Positions 17,506 to 24,000 of a stretch of 24,000 bases of DNA are shown one piece after another. Positions within the stretch are counted from its first letter, which is position 1. Each line of letters begins with the position of its first letter. The DNA lies in the NCBI RefSeq assembly GCF_000799735.1, contig NZ_JUHH01000001.1, positions 2,333,387-2,357,386 on the forward strand. Direction: 5' to 3'. Below the pieces are notes generated by a model, which was not told where the DNA came from, searched no databases, and was given only the letters and a program-made list of their open reading frames with translations. The stretch comes from Methylotenera sp. G11 (GTDB taxonomy: Bacteria > Pseudomonadota > Gammaproteobacteria > Burkholderiales > Methylophilaceae). The position numbers and the translations under genes were made by a program.

Positions 17506-17652
17506 TGTTGTACTCTTGTTTAAATTTGTTTTAAATAGTCATCTAACTAGATTGTTTTTGCATTGTACAGGCAAAGATAATCTAGTCTCGGCAAGAATTA
17601 TATATCTCATTGATGCTAAAGATGGCTGTGACCAATTGAAATCGTCGATAGT

Positions 17653-17886
17653 TTAGCCTACGGATGAAGTCAGCTTTAATCCTTTTTCATTGAGCATCTG
17701 GATAAAGACGCTTACGTCCGCGGTTTCATCTGATCTATTAGAAACTATAGAAATGCTGGCATGCCTCAAGATTTCCGCCTGATGCTCTGCGCTCACAGAT
17801 CCATCGCTATAAAAAGTTGTTAATACGCTTTCATGACCTAAGTTTTGGCTCCATGCTTTAAAGGCTTCAGGCGTTTTACATCTAAA
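17653..17886 (-). pseudogene. C-terminal remnant of a tyrosine recombinase/integrase (5' part missing)
   Basis: The minus-strand frame has no start codon and reads RCKTPEAFKAWSQNLGHESVLTTFYSDGSVSAEHQAEILR...LTSSVG*. The LGH-x4-TT-x-Y block is the C-terminal signature of tyrosine recombinases. Upstream the frame is closed by stop codons inside the 16-bp tandem repeat. It is not in the ORF track because it lacks a start. Confidence 0.5.
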
Positions 17887-17887
17887 T

Positions 17888-17919
17888 AAAATTAATAAGG
17901 GTCAAAATTAATAAGGGTC
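17888..17919. repeat. Perfect 2 x 16-bp tandem direct repeat (AAAATTAATAAGGGTC)
   Basis: Read directly at 17888-17903 and 17904-17919. It sits exactly at the junction between the integrase remnant and att-like copy 3. Confidence 0.9.
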
Positions 17920-18006
17920 AGACCACGATTTATAGCTAAAGCTGCTTTGCAGAAAAGAAAACGCCCCATTCTTTCGAATGGGGCGTCTTTATTGGTGGTG
18001 AAAGAG
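17915..18006. repeat. att-like repeat, copy 3 (the genuine tRNA terminator plus 14 nt of the tRNA 3' end)
   Basis: The box GGGTCAGACCACGATTTAT (17915-17933), the terminator hairpin, and TTATTGGTGGTGAAAGAG are shared with copies 1 and 2. The segment between box and hairpin is shorter than in copies 1 and 2 and unrelated to it. Confidence 0.75.
17951..17986 (-). terminator. Intrinsic terminator of the tRNA gene
   Basis: On the minus strand it reads ACGCCCCATTC-GAAA-GAATGGGGCGT, an 11-bp stem at 17961-17986. It is followed by TTTTCTTTTCT and starts 6 nt after the tRNA CCA end. Confidence 0.85.
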
Positions 18007-18069
18007 GGACTTGAACCCTCGACCCCAGGATTATGAATCCTGTGCTCTAACCAGCTGAGCTACATCACC
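17993..18069 (-). tRNA. tRNA with anticodon CAT (elongator Met or Ile2 type, not the initiator)
   Basis: The 77-nt cloverleaf was folded by hand: GGTGATG-TA-GCTC-AGCTGGTTA-GAGC-A-CAGGA-TTCATAA-TCCTG-GGGTC-GAGGG-TTCAAGT-CCCTC-TTTCACC-A-CCA. The CCA end is encoded. The anticodon stem lacks the three G-C pairs of initiator tRNA. There is one T:T mismatch at 6:67 and a G:T pair at 7:66 in the acceptor stem. Confidence 0.9.
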
Positions 18070-18106
18070 TTGTAAACTTGTTTGCTTGTATTTCAGCAAG
18101 GCCGCA

Positions 18107-18135
18107 ATTCTAGTGTTTTAGTGGTGAATTGTCAA
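18107..18135 (-). promoter_or_regulatory. Sigma70-type promoter of the tRNA gene
   Basis: On the minus strand: TTGACA (18130-18135), a 17-nt spacer, then TAGAAT (18107-18112), followed by a GC-rich discriminator (TGCGGCC). An AT-rich tract lies upstream. The -10 element is about 37 nt upstream of the mature 5' end. Confidence 0.7.
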
Positions 18136-18230
18136 AAAAAGTTTTTAACTTTTCCGGTTTATTTTTTACTATTCTGTTTTTGGCATGCAACATGGCCTGA
18201 GCCAGTGAATACAGGTCGTTTAAAGGCTGG

Positions 18231-18262
18231 TAGCGCCCGGCAGCAATGAGTGCCGGGCGCTA
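18231..18262 (-). terminator. GC-rich hairpin just downstream of the cheX-like gene (probable terminator with a weak U-tract)
   Basis: A 12-bp perfect stem, TAGCGCCCGGCA (18231-18242) paired with TGCCGGGCGCTA (18251-18262), with an 8-nt loop. It lies 7 nt from the stop codon at 18269. There is no clear T run on the minus strand. Confidence 0.5.
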
Positions 18263-18268
18263 TTGCAT

Positions 18269-18730
18269 TTAACGGATTCTTGAAATATCCACTATCAGTG
18301 ATGCGCTGTAATGCTTCCATTTAATAATGATCACATAGGCATAGGGGCGTGCCTGGTGGTCCAGGTTTTCTGGCAGGTGCGCGATTTTTTCCGGTATGGA
18401 GATGACCATGTTTTCGCCGAAATATTTGCGTGCGTTGCCTGAGATGGTGTTGGCGATTTCGCCTACGGCATCCAGCAGGTTTTCATCAGACTGGTTGGGT
18501 TCTTTCATGACCGTGAGCAAGTGCCGCAGCATGGCGCTGGGCGCCGAGAAGTAGAGCGCGCCTTCGTAGTCTGCACTGACTTTGATCATGCCGGTGTAGT
18601 CGTTCATCGGGAATGCGTTTTTGGCGAGGTATGCCACGCCGACCGATGCCGCTTCTTTTGTAATCTGTTTGAAATAGCCGCCTATTGCTTCAATAAAGAT
18701 TTCAATGTCTTTTTCGCTTAAGTCGCTCAT
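18269..18730 (-). CDS. CheX-like CheY-P phosphatase
   Basis: It is 153 aa. The CheC/CheX active-site motif D-x3-E-x2-N is present in LLDAVGEIANTISGNA, followed by ...ISIP. Its ATG overlaps the upstream CheY-like stop codon (ATGA). Confidence 0.6.
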   Translation of the reverse strand: MSDLSEKDIEIFIEAIGGYFKQITKEAASVGVAYLAKNAFPMNDYTGMIKVSADYEGALYFSAPSAMLRHLLTVMKEPNQSDENLLDAVGEIANTISGNARKYFGENMVISIPEKIAHLPENLDHQARPYAYVIIIKWKHYSASLIVDISRIR

Positions 18731-19095
18731 TCTTTTATTAGCTCCAGTAAGGCGTTCACGAGTTCTTCATCGGTAAATGGTTTGTACAGGAACCCGCTGG
18801 CGCCGTTTTTAAGTGCTTCAATCGCGGTGGCTTTGTCGCTGAGGGCGGATACGATCAGGATTTTTACCTCAGGGTTGAATTCAACCAGCAGGGTGGTGCA
18901 TTCCACGCCATCCATTTCCGGCATGGTCAGGTCCATGGTGACCAGTTCCGGGCGTTCTTGCGTGAACAGCGCGAATGCATCGGTGCCGTTGCCAGCGGTA
19001 CCCACGATTTCGATAGGCGGCAGCTTGGCATCTGTCATAATCCTTGAAATACGGCTTCTGATGATATTGGAGTCATCGACGATCATGAGTTTCAT
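18727..19095 (-). CDS. CheY-like single-domain response regulator
   Basis: It is 122 aa. The acidic pocket is MIVDDS, the phospho-acceptor is in VTMDLTMPEMDG, and the conserved Lys is in FLYKPF. Its ATG overlaps the kinase stop codon (ATGA). Confidence 0.85.
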   Translation of the reverse strand: MKLMIVDDSNIIRSRISRIMTDAKLPPIEIVGTAGNGTDAFALFTQERPELVTMDLTMPEMDGVECTTLLVEFNPEVKILIVSALSDKATAIEALKNGASGFLYKPFTDEELVNALLELIKE

Positions 19096-21224
19096 ACAAC
19101 GGCCTCTGTGGCATTCAGGTTAATGGAAGGTTTTGCGTGTTTGGAAAGCCGGAATGCGAACTGCGTGAACACATCGGCTTTGGTATCTATCTTGAGGTCT
19201 CCGCCGATTTCACTAATCAGGGATTGCACCAGATCCATGCCTATACCGCGGCCGGCGTCTTTATCCGTGCTGCTTGCAGTAGAAAATCCAGGTTCGAACA
19301 GTTTGCCTACAATCTCTTTGTCGCTTAACTGATTCACGGCGTCAGCTGCATAATTTCCGGACGACAGCATTGCAGTCCGGATGCGGCTGGGCACGATGCC
19401 TTGCCCGTCATCGCGTACGATAAAGTCAACTTCGCCTTCCTGATTCATGCGGGTGAAGATGGCGATTTCGCCATGAGCCGCCTTGCCTTTTGCTAGCCTG
19501 ATGTCGGGTGACTCAATGCCATGGCAGATGCCGTTGCGTATCAACTGGATACCGATCTGCTGTAACTGATGCACGGTTTTGGTGTCCATCTGGTCGAGCA
19601 GGTCAATTTCCAGTTTCAGCTGCACTTTCTTGTTCTGGCTTTGGCTTACCTGTTCTGCCAGGCGTTGCAGGTTGCTGCCAACGCTGGTCGAGATGGAAGG
19701 CGGTTTGGCTGCGCTGTTGTTAGCCTGATGATGCGCCTGCATCACGGTTGAAATCGTTTCAATCTGCCTGATCTGTTCAAGCATGCCGCTGAGCATCACC
19801 GGCAGGCTCAGGATTTCCTGCGCATCCCACTCGTCCTTTTTACGCAGCGTTACCAGGTGTTCTTCAAATTCATGTGCCAGTGTTTCAATCGCGACTAAGC
19901 CCATGGCCGCCGCTTCGCCCTTGATGGCGTGAATGATGCGGAAGCACTGGTTGGCCAGGTCGGCATGATTCGCTGCACGTTTATCCGCATTGGCCAGTAT
20001 GCCGTTCAGCGATTCAAGGCTGTCATGGGCATGGCTCAGGAAGTCCTGTAACTGGTATGTATCGGCCTGCAGCAACTTTTTCAGCAATTCAAGATTAATG
20101 CTCGATTGGCCTTTCAGTGCGGCGAGCTCTTCCGCCTGGGTGACCTGTTCGGTGACATCCTGCACGGTGACCAGCAGGTGCAGAACACGTTTATCTTCAA
20201 CCACGCGGTTAAACTGAAAACTCAGGTAGCGCGGTTCCGTATCGGTTTTCGCCTGCACTTTTACCTGCGTGAGCGGATTCAGGCTCAGCATCAGGTTCTC
20301 TTTCACCTTGTTGCCGAACAGCAACTGAATATAATCTTTGGCCGAGGTGTAAATCTCGGCTGAAACCAGTTGCTCCAGAATCGGCATGAACGGCATGTGA
20401 GCGCTGACTTCATGCTGCAAGATTTTTCCAATGGAACTGGAAAACTGGCTGCCTATATTTAACTCCGGATCCAGCAGGAACAAACCTTCTTTTACCGTAT
20501 TCAGTATCTCGGCGGTTTCGCGCTGGGCTTTTTCAATCTCGCCATCGGCTGAGCGCAGCTTGCGCAGCGCATTGAATACAATGTTGGCAAACAGCAGCAG
20601 GGACAGCACTAGCGCAATGGTCTGGATCAGCTGCAGGTTGCCGGCTTTGGCTTTTGTGTTTTGCTCCAGTTGTGTGGTGAGGTCATTCATCAGTTTTAAC
20701 AGCTTGAGATTGTTTGCGCGTGCATAGTCGGTGGCAATGTCCAGCGTCACCTCATCTACTACGCTGCTTTGAATCACCGGCTGTAGCAGTTGCTTATATG
20801 GCTGCCAGATCAGCAGGGCAGCATCCACGGCCTTGACCGCGGCATCGCCACTCACTTTTTGCAGCAATACGGGTTTCTCGTCGCCGCCAACTACGGTGCC
20901 GCCTGTTTTAAAGCCATTCAGCGTGGTGTCGAACAGGGTGCTGACTTTTTTGAGTTCTTCGGTGTTTTTCGGGTCAAACCTGCCTTGCGCGGCATCGACC
21001 TGAATAGACAGCAGCACTTTGGCCGTACGTTGCGAAAGCATGCGCTGGCGACCGGAAAGGTTGATGGATACCGCATCGCTATCGAGCGTAGATGAAGTGT
21101 AGAAGTTAAGGCCTAGCACGGCCAGGTTGAAAACCAGGAAAAGTGAGACGGCTAATATAATGCCGCGATATTTATTCAGCGTGCCTGCTTGTTGGTTTTT
21201 ATTGGGCTTACTGTTACTGGACAT
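19092..21224 (-). CDS. Transmembrane CheA-type histidine kinase: PilJ/NarX-like periplasmic sensor, PAS-like domain, HPt and P4 ATPase, with no CheW-like P5 domain
   Basis: AAGGAG lies upstream of the ATG at 21222-21224. There are two TM segments (GIILAVSLFLVFNLAVLGLNF and IALVLSLLLFANIVFNAL). They flank a periplasmic domain of about 155 aa that begins with INLSGRQRMLSQRTAKVLL. The HPt motif is CFRIIHAIKGEAAAMG. The CheA-type N-box is LIRNGICHGIE, G1 is VRDDGQGI, the F-box is LFEPGFST and G2 is GRGIGMDLV. The protein ends about 35 aa after G2. Confidence 0.8.
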   Translation of the reverse strand: MSSNSKPNKNQQAGTLNKYRGIILAVSLFLVFNLAVLGLNFYTSSTLDSDAVSINLSGRQRMLSQRTAKVLLSIQVDAAQGRFDPKNTEELKKVSTLFDTTLNGFKTGGTVVGGDEKPVLLQKVSGDAAVKAVDAALLIWQPYKQLLQPVIQSSVVDEVTLDIATDYARANNLKLLKLMNDLTTQLEQNTKAKAGNLQLIQTIALVLSLLLFANIVFNALRKLRSADGEIEKAQRETAEILNTVKEGLFLLDPELNIGSQFSSSIGKILQHEVSAHMPFMPILEQLVSAEIYTSAKDYIQLLFGNKVKENLMLSLNPLTQVKVQAKTDTEPRYLSFQFNRVVEDKRVLHLLVTVQDVTEQVTQAEELAALKGQSSINLELLKKLLQADTYQLQDFLSHAHDSLESLNGILANADKRAANHADLANQCFRIIHAIKGEAAAMGLVAIETLAHEFEEHLVTLRKKDEWDAQEILSLPVMLSGMLEQIRQIETISTVMQAHHQANNSAAKPPSISTSVGSNLQRLAEQVSQSQNKKVQLKLEIDLLDQMDTKTVHQLQQIGIQLIRNGICHGIESPDIRLAKGKAAHGEIAIFTRMNQEGEVDFIVRDDGQGIVPSRIRTAMLSSGNYAADAVNQLSDKEIVGKLFEPGFSTASSTDKDAGRGIGMDLVQSLISEIGGDLKIDTKADVFTQFAFRLSKHAKPSINLNATEAVV

Positions 21225-21367
21225 GACTGCTCCTTATGCAATTGTTAAAAGATGCAATGGGTTAGAGGTCACCGTCGTTGGTGAGCGATGAATACTGGGT
21301 GGTAATGACTGGCCGGTGCCTTATTCTGATAAGCCGTTTTATCAAGGTGCCGGTTAATCTGGCGATA

Positions 21368-21403
21368 CCTGTGCCATTAAAATAGTGGCTTTAATGGCAC
21401 AGG
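21368..21403. terminator. Perfect 14-bp-stem hairpin between the porin stop and the kinase-operon upstream region
   Basis: CCTGTGCCATTAAA (21368-21381), an 8-nt loop, then TTTAATGGCACAGG (21390-21403). It lies 19 nt from the porin stop codon. There is no U-tract on either strand. Confidence 0.45.
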
Positions 21404-21421
21404 ATGTCGCAGGGCGTTGTA

Positions 21422-22828
21422 TTAGAACGTGTACATGCCGGTTACCCAGACGATTTCTTTGTCGCCTTTGCGCGCTGCGCTGGTAAGGCTGCCATAAACA
21501 TCGGATTCGTTGAATTTTGCGTATTCAAGTTTGCCGCTGATCTTGTCAGTAAATGGATACATGACGCTGGCATCGAACTCGGTGCCGTATTTATCGCCAA
21601 GCTTGCCGATGGACTGGAATTTCTCATCGGACTTGAATACATGGTATTCCGCCTGCAGCTTGGCTTTGCCGATACTGCCGGCAACCGTGACGAATGTGTC
21701 TTCAATGCCCTGGCGCGGGGTCGCCAGGAAGTGGTCAGCCCAGCCCTGGAACAGGTGGTTTGTACCCAGCGGGGTCTGGAATGCATATTTGCCGTTGTTG
21801 CTGGAGAGCTTTTCCTGGTCGATCCTGACTGACCAGGTGTTGTACATCGCGCCGCCGCCTAGTTTGTAGTAGTGTGCGTCAATCAGATCGTTACCGTCTT
21901 TATAGTCAGACTGTTTGGCATATTCAGCGGTATAGAGCACTTTCCAGGTGGCGTCGATGGCACGTACGCCATCCAGGCGCAGGCCGAATGTTTTTGAGCT
22001 GGCGTCCGTGGTGGCTGTCTTGACCAGATCCTGGCTGGCACCCAAGCCATTGCCGCCTTGCGCGGCAATGCCATCGGCAAGCGGATTGCCGTTGTTCTGC
22101 CCCAGGTTTGCAACATCGACCAGGTAAGCGTAGCCCACCAGTGACTCGCTAGGCGAAATACGGTACTTGGCGTTCACGATTTCGATATCGCCCTGACGCA
22201 GTTCTGTGTTGATCTGGCGCACCTGGTCAAAGTGTGCAGCGAAGATTTCCGTATCCGGAATGCTCTTGTTCAGCACGGATACGCCGTCAAACACCTGCAT
22301 GTTCTGGCGGAAACCGATGTCGCCGATGAAGCGCACATTGTCCAGGTTCACCTGCTGGCGGCCAAGACGCACCCTGGTGTTCTTGATGCCGGTCCAATCC
22401 AGGAACAGCTGGTTCACATCGGTAAAGCTAGGGTCTACGATATTGGCGTAGTTTGCCTTGCCCGGTTCGCTCAGGTTCTCGCGGCGGTCGTTAAAGTTGT
22501 GGTTGAATTCATGCACGTCCGTGAGTTGTGCGGCAAAGCTGAAATTGTGGAATGGGGCAGTCTGCCAGCCGATCAGGCTGCGCAGTGTAAAGGCATGGGT
22601 GTTGTCTAGCTTTTGGGTGCCATTGGGTGCCGGCTGGAATGCTTCCTGGTCGATAGACTCATAGCGCAGGCGGAAGTTGGTCATCGGTTTGCCATCTTTG
22701 ATCGATTCCAGAAACGTATATTCTGCTAACGGTTCTTCTTCCGCATAGGCAGATTGTGCCATACCGGAAATTGCCATCGTGACGCAGGCCAAGATGATGT
22801 TGAGTTTGAATGAAGCATTTGATTTCAT
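21422..22828 (-). CDS. Outer-membrane beta-barrel porin (alginate-export/AlgE-like family?)
   Basis: Signal peptide MKSNASFKLNIILACVTMAISGMAQSAYA. The sequence is rich in alternating aromatic and polar beta-strand patterns. The early FRLRYESIDQ motif is typical of alginate-export-type porins. The C-terminus ...WVTGMYTF ends in Phe. Confidence 0.7.
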   Translation of the reverse strand: MKSNASFKLNIILACVTMAISGMAQSAYAEEEPLAEYTFLESIKDGKPMTNFRLRYESIDQEAFQPAPNGTQKLDNTHAFTLRSLIGWQTAPFHNFSFAAQLTDVHEFNHNFNDRRENLSEPGKANYANIVDPSFTDVNQLFLDWTGIKNTRVRLGRQQVNLDNVRFIGDIGFRQNMQVFDGVSVLNKSIPDTEIFAAHFDQVRQINTELRQGDIEIVNAKYRISPSESLVGYAYLVDVANLGQNNGNPLADGIAAQGGNGLGASQDLVKTATTDASSKTFGLRLDGVRAIDATWKVLYTAEYAKQSDYKDGNDLIDAHYYKLGGGAMYNTWSVRIDQEKLSSNNGKYAFQTPLGTNHLFQGWADHFLATPRQGIEDTFVTVAGSIGKAKLQAEYHVFKSDEKFQSIGKLGDKYGTEFDASVMYPFTDKISGKLEYAKFNESDVYGSLTSAARKGDKEIVWVTGMYTF

Positions 22829-22869
22829 GATTACCCCTGGTATTTATAAAATGTGAATTGGATTCTTAT

Positions 22870-22891
22870 ACGGGCTACGGCTGTAGCCCGT
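22870..22891. terminator. Hairpin immediately after the ABC ATPase stop codon
   Basis: ACGGGCTAC (22870-22878), loop GGCT, then GTAGCCCGT (22883-22891). The T6 run follows it on the plus strand only. On the gene's own minus strand it is preceded by A's and followed by TATAAGAAT, so terminator efficiency and orientation are unclear. Confidence 0.4.
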
Positions 22892-22894
22892 TTT

Positions 22895-23716
22895 TTAAGC
22901 AGCCTTTTTGGCATGGCGTTCATACAGGAAGCGCAATACCTCGCTGCGCAGATGGTTGTATTCCTGGTCTTCGGCCAGTTCCAGACGCGCCCGTGGACGG
23001 GCCAGATTGACGTCCAGGATTTCGCCGATGGTGGCTGAAGGGCCGTTGGTCATCATGATGATGCGGTCTGAAAGCAGCACTGATTCATCGACATCGTGCG
23101 TGACCATGACTGCGGTGCAGCCGGATTTCGCCATGATCTTCATGAGCTCATCCTGCAGGTTGGCGCGAGTCAGCGCATCCAGTGCGCCAAATGGCTCATC
23201 CAGCAGCAGTACTTTAGGTTCCATTGCCAGTGCCCGCGCAATGCCAACCCGTTGTTTCATGCCGCCTGAAATTTCGTTAGGGCGTTTTTCGGCAGCATGT
23301 GTCAAACCCACCAGTTCCAGCGCCGCATGGGTGCGTGCTGTCAGCTGGGCTTTGATTTCGGTGCCGAAAACCCGTTCCACTGCCAGGTAGATGTTTTCAT
23401 AACAGGTCAGCCATGGCAGCAGCGAGTGGTTCTGGAACACGACAGAGCGCTCAGGGCCGGGGCCGGCGATTTCGCGCCCGGCACAGAACAAAAAGCCTGA
23501 AGTGGGCTGCAGCAAACCTGCAATCAGGTTCAGCACGGTTGATTTTCCGCAGCCTGAATGCCCGATAATTGAGATGAACTCGCCTTCGCGAATGTTCAGG
23601 TTAATGTTTTTAAGCGCGTTGAACTCACCTTTTTTGGTGGTGAATGTCATGTCTACATTCTCAAGCTGCACATATTTGGCTGCGTTTGCTTTTTCCGGCA
23701 TAGATGTGTTTTTCAT
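22895..23716 (-). CDS. NitT/TauT-family ABC transporter ATP-binding protein (NrtD/CmpD-like, nitrate-type)
   Basis: Walker A is IIGHSGCGKSTVLN, the signature is ISGGMKQRVGIARAL, and Walker B is LLLDEPFGALD. The C-terminal extension ...LARPRARLELAEDQEYNHLRSEVLRFLYE resembles the NrtD/CmpD tail. Confidence 0.8.
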   Translation of the reverse strand: MKNTSMPEKANAAKYVQLENVDMTFTTKKGEFNALKNINLNIREGEFISIIGHSGCGKSTVLNLIAGLLQPTSGFLFCAGREIAGPGPERSVVFQNHSLLPWLTCYENIYLAVERVFGTEIKAQLTARTHAALELVGLTHAAEKRPNEISGGMKQRVGIARALAMEPKVLLLDEPFGALDALTRANLQDELMKIMAKSGCTAVMVTHDVDESVLLSDRIIMMTNGPSATIGEILDVNLARPRARLELAEDQEYNHLRSEVLRFLYERHAKKAA

Positions 23717-23755
23717 AATGATTCCTGGTCAGTAACTGTCAAAAAGATAACGGGA

Positions 23756-24000
23756 CTATTCGTAGCTGAATCTTTTAGCGATCTGCGTGAGCCCGAACTC
23801 AAGCAGCAAGCCGACGACGCCTACAATGAAAATCGCGATGATGATGTGTTCAACATTCAGGTTGTTCCATTCATCCCACACCCAGAAGCCGATGCCAACG
23901 CCGCCGGTCAGCATCTCGGCCGCAACGATCACCAGCCATGCCACGCCGATGGAGAGGCGTACGCCTGTCATCATGTAAGGCAGCGCGAACGGGAACAGTA
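23756..24000 (-). CDS. NrtB-like ABC transporter permease (partial; the 5' end lies beyond the window)
   Basis: The frame stays open to the window edge (...LFPFALPYMMTGVRLSIGVAWLVIVAAEMLTGGVGIGFWVWDEWNNL...). This is the typical C-terminal region of a NitT/TauT permease. Its stop codon is 39 nt upstream of the ATPase start. Confidence 0.8.
   Translation of the reverse strand, partial: LFPFALPYMMTGVRLSIGVAWLVIVAAEMLTGGVGIGFWVWDEWNNLNVEHIIIAIFIVGVVGLLLEFGLTQIAKRFSYE

Noticed and set aside
21404-21832. 142-aa plus-strand ORF, plus other long antisense ORFs (e.g. 22232-22609, 22908-23390, 20790-21095, 20431-20727, 2533-2859, 1436-1690)
   Set aside because: All lie antisense within genes that have strong motif support (porin, ABC ATPase, CheA-type kinase, ompR, envZ). 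These are typical shadow ORFs in GC-richer coding DNA.
22870-22896. The hairpin plus T6 read as a plus-strand intrinsic terminator
   Set aside because: No plus-strand gene ends upstream of it. The T run overlaps the stop codon of the minus-strand ATPase gene. I kept it only as an orientation-ambiguous hairpin.

Overview
The window looks like a proteobacterial chromosome of moderate GC content, carrying a roughly 11 kb AT-rich accessory region (about 6741-18069). This region sits next to a minus-strand tRNA with anticodon CAT.

Left core (1-6600):
- a secreted pentapeptide-repeat protein
- an ompR/envZ-type two-component pair
- two secreted EF-hand proteins
- a FemAB-like/DUF482 acyltransferase-family protein
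- a small c-type cytochrome

Accessory region, left to right:
1. An AT-rich minus-strand operon with overlapping genes: a short cytochrome P450, an acyl carrier protein and a divergent LpxL-like acyltransferase. I cannot match it to any described system, and it is my best candidate for something new.
2. A higBA toxin-antitoxin cassette bracketed by two near-identical repeats of about 145 bp.
3. A type IC restriction-modification operon (hsdM-hsdS-prrC-hsdR). It carries the PrrC anticodon nuclease between hsdS and hsdR, which is the classical prr locus layout. Its hsdS has four exact 12-bp repeats encoding (ELTA)4 in the spacer-determining central region.
4. A truncated tyrosine-recombinase remnant.
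5. A third copy of the repeat, which here is the real terminator and 3' end of the tRNA.

Right core (18200-24000):
- A translationally coupled three-gene module: a transmembrane CheA-type kinase with a PilJ/NarX-like periplasmic sensor and no CheW domain, then a CheY-like protein, then a CheX-like protein.
- An outer-membrane porin.
- The ATPase and a partial permease of an NrtBD-like ABC transporter.

I saw no CRISPR array, rRNA or intact transposase.

All functional calls rest on motifs read by eye and on remembered family sequences. No searches were run.
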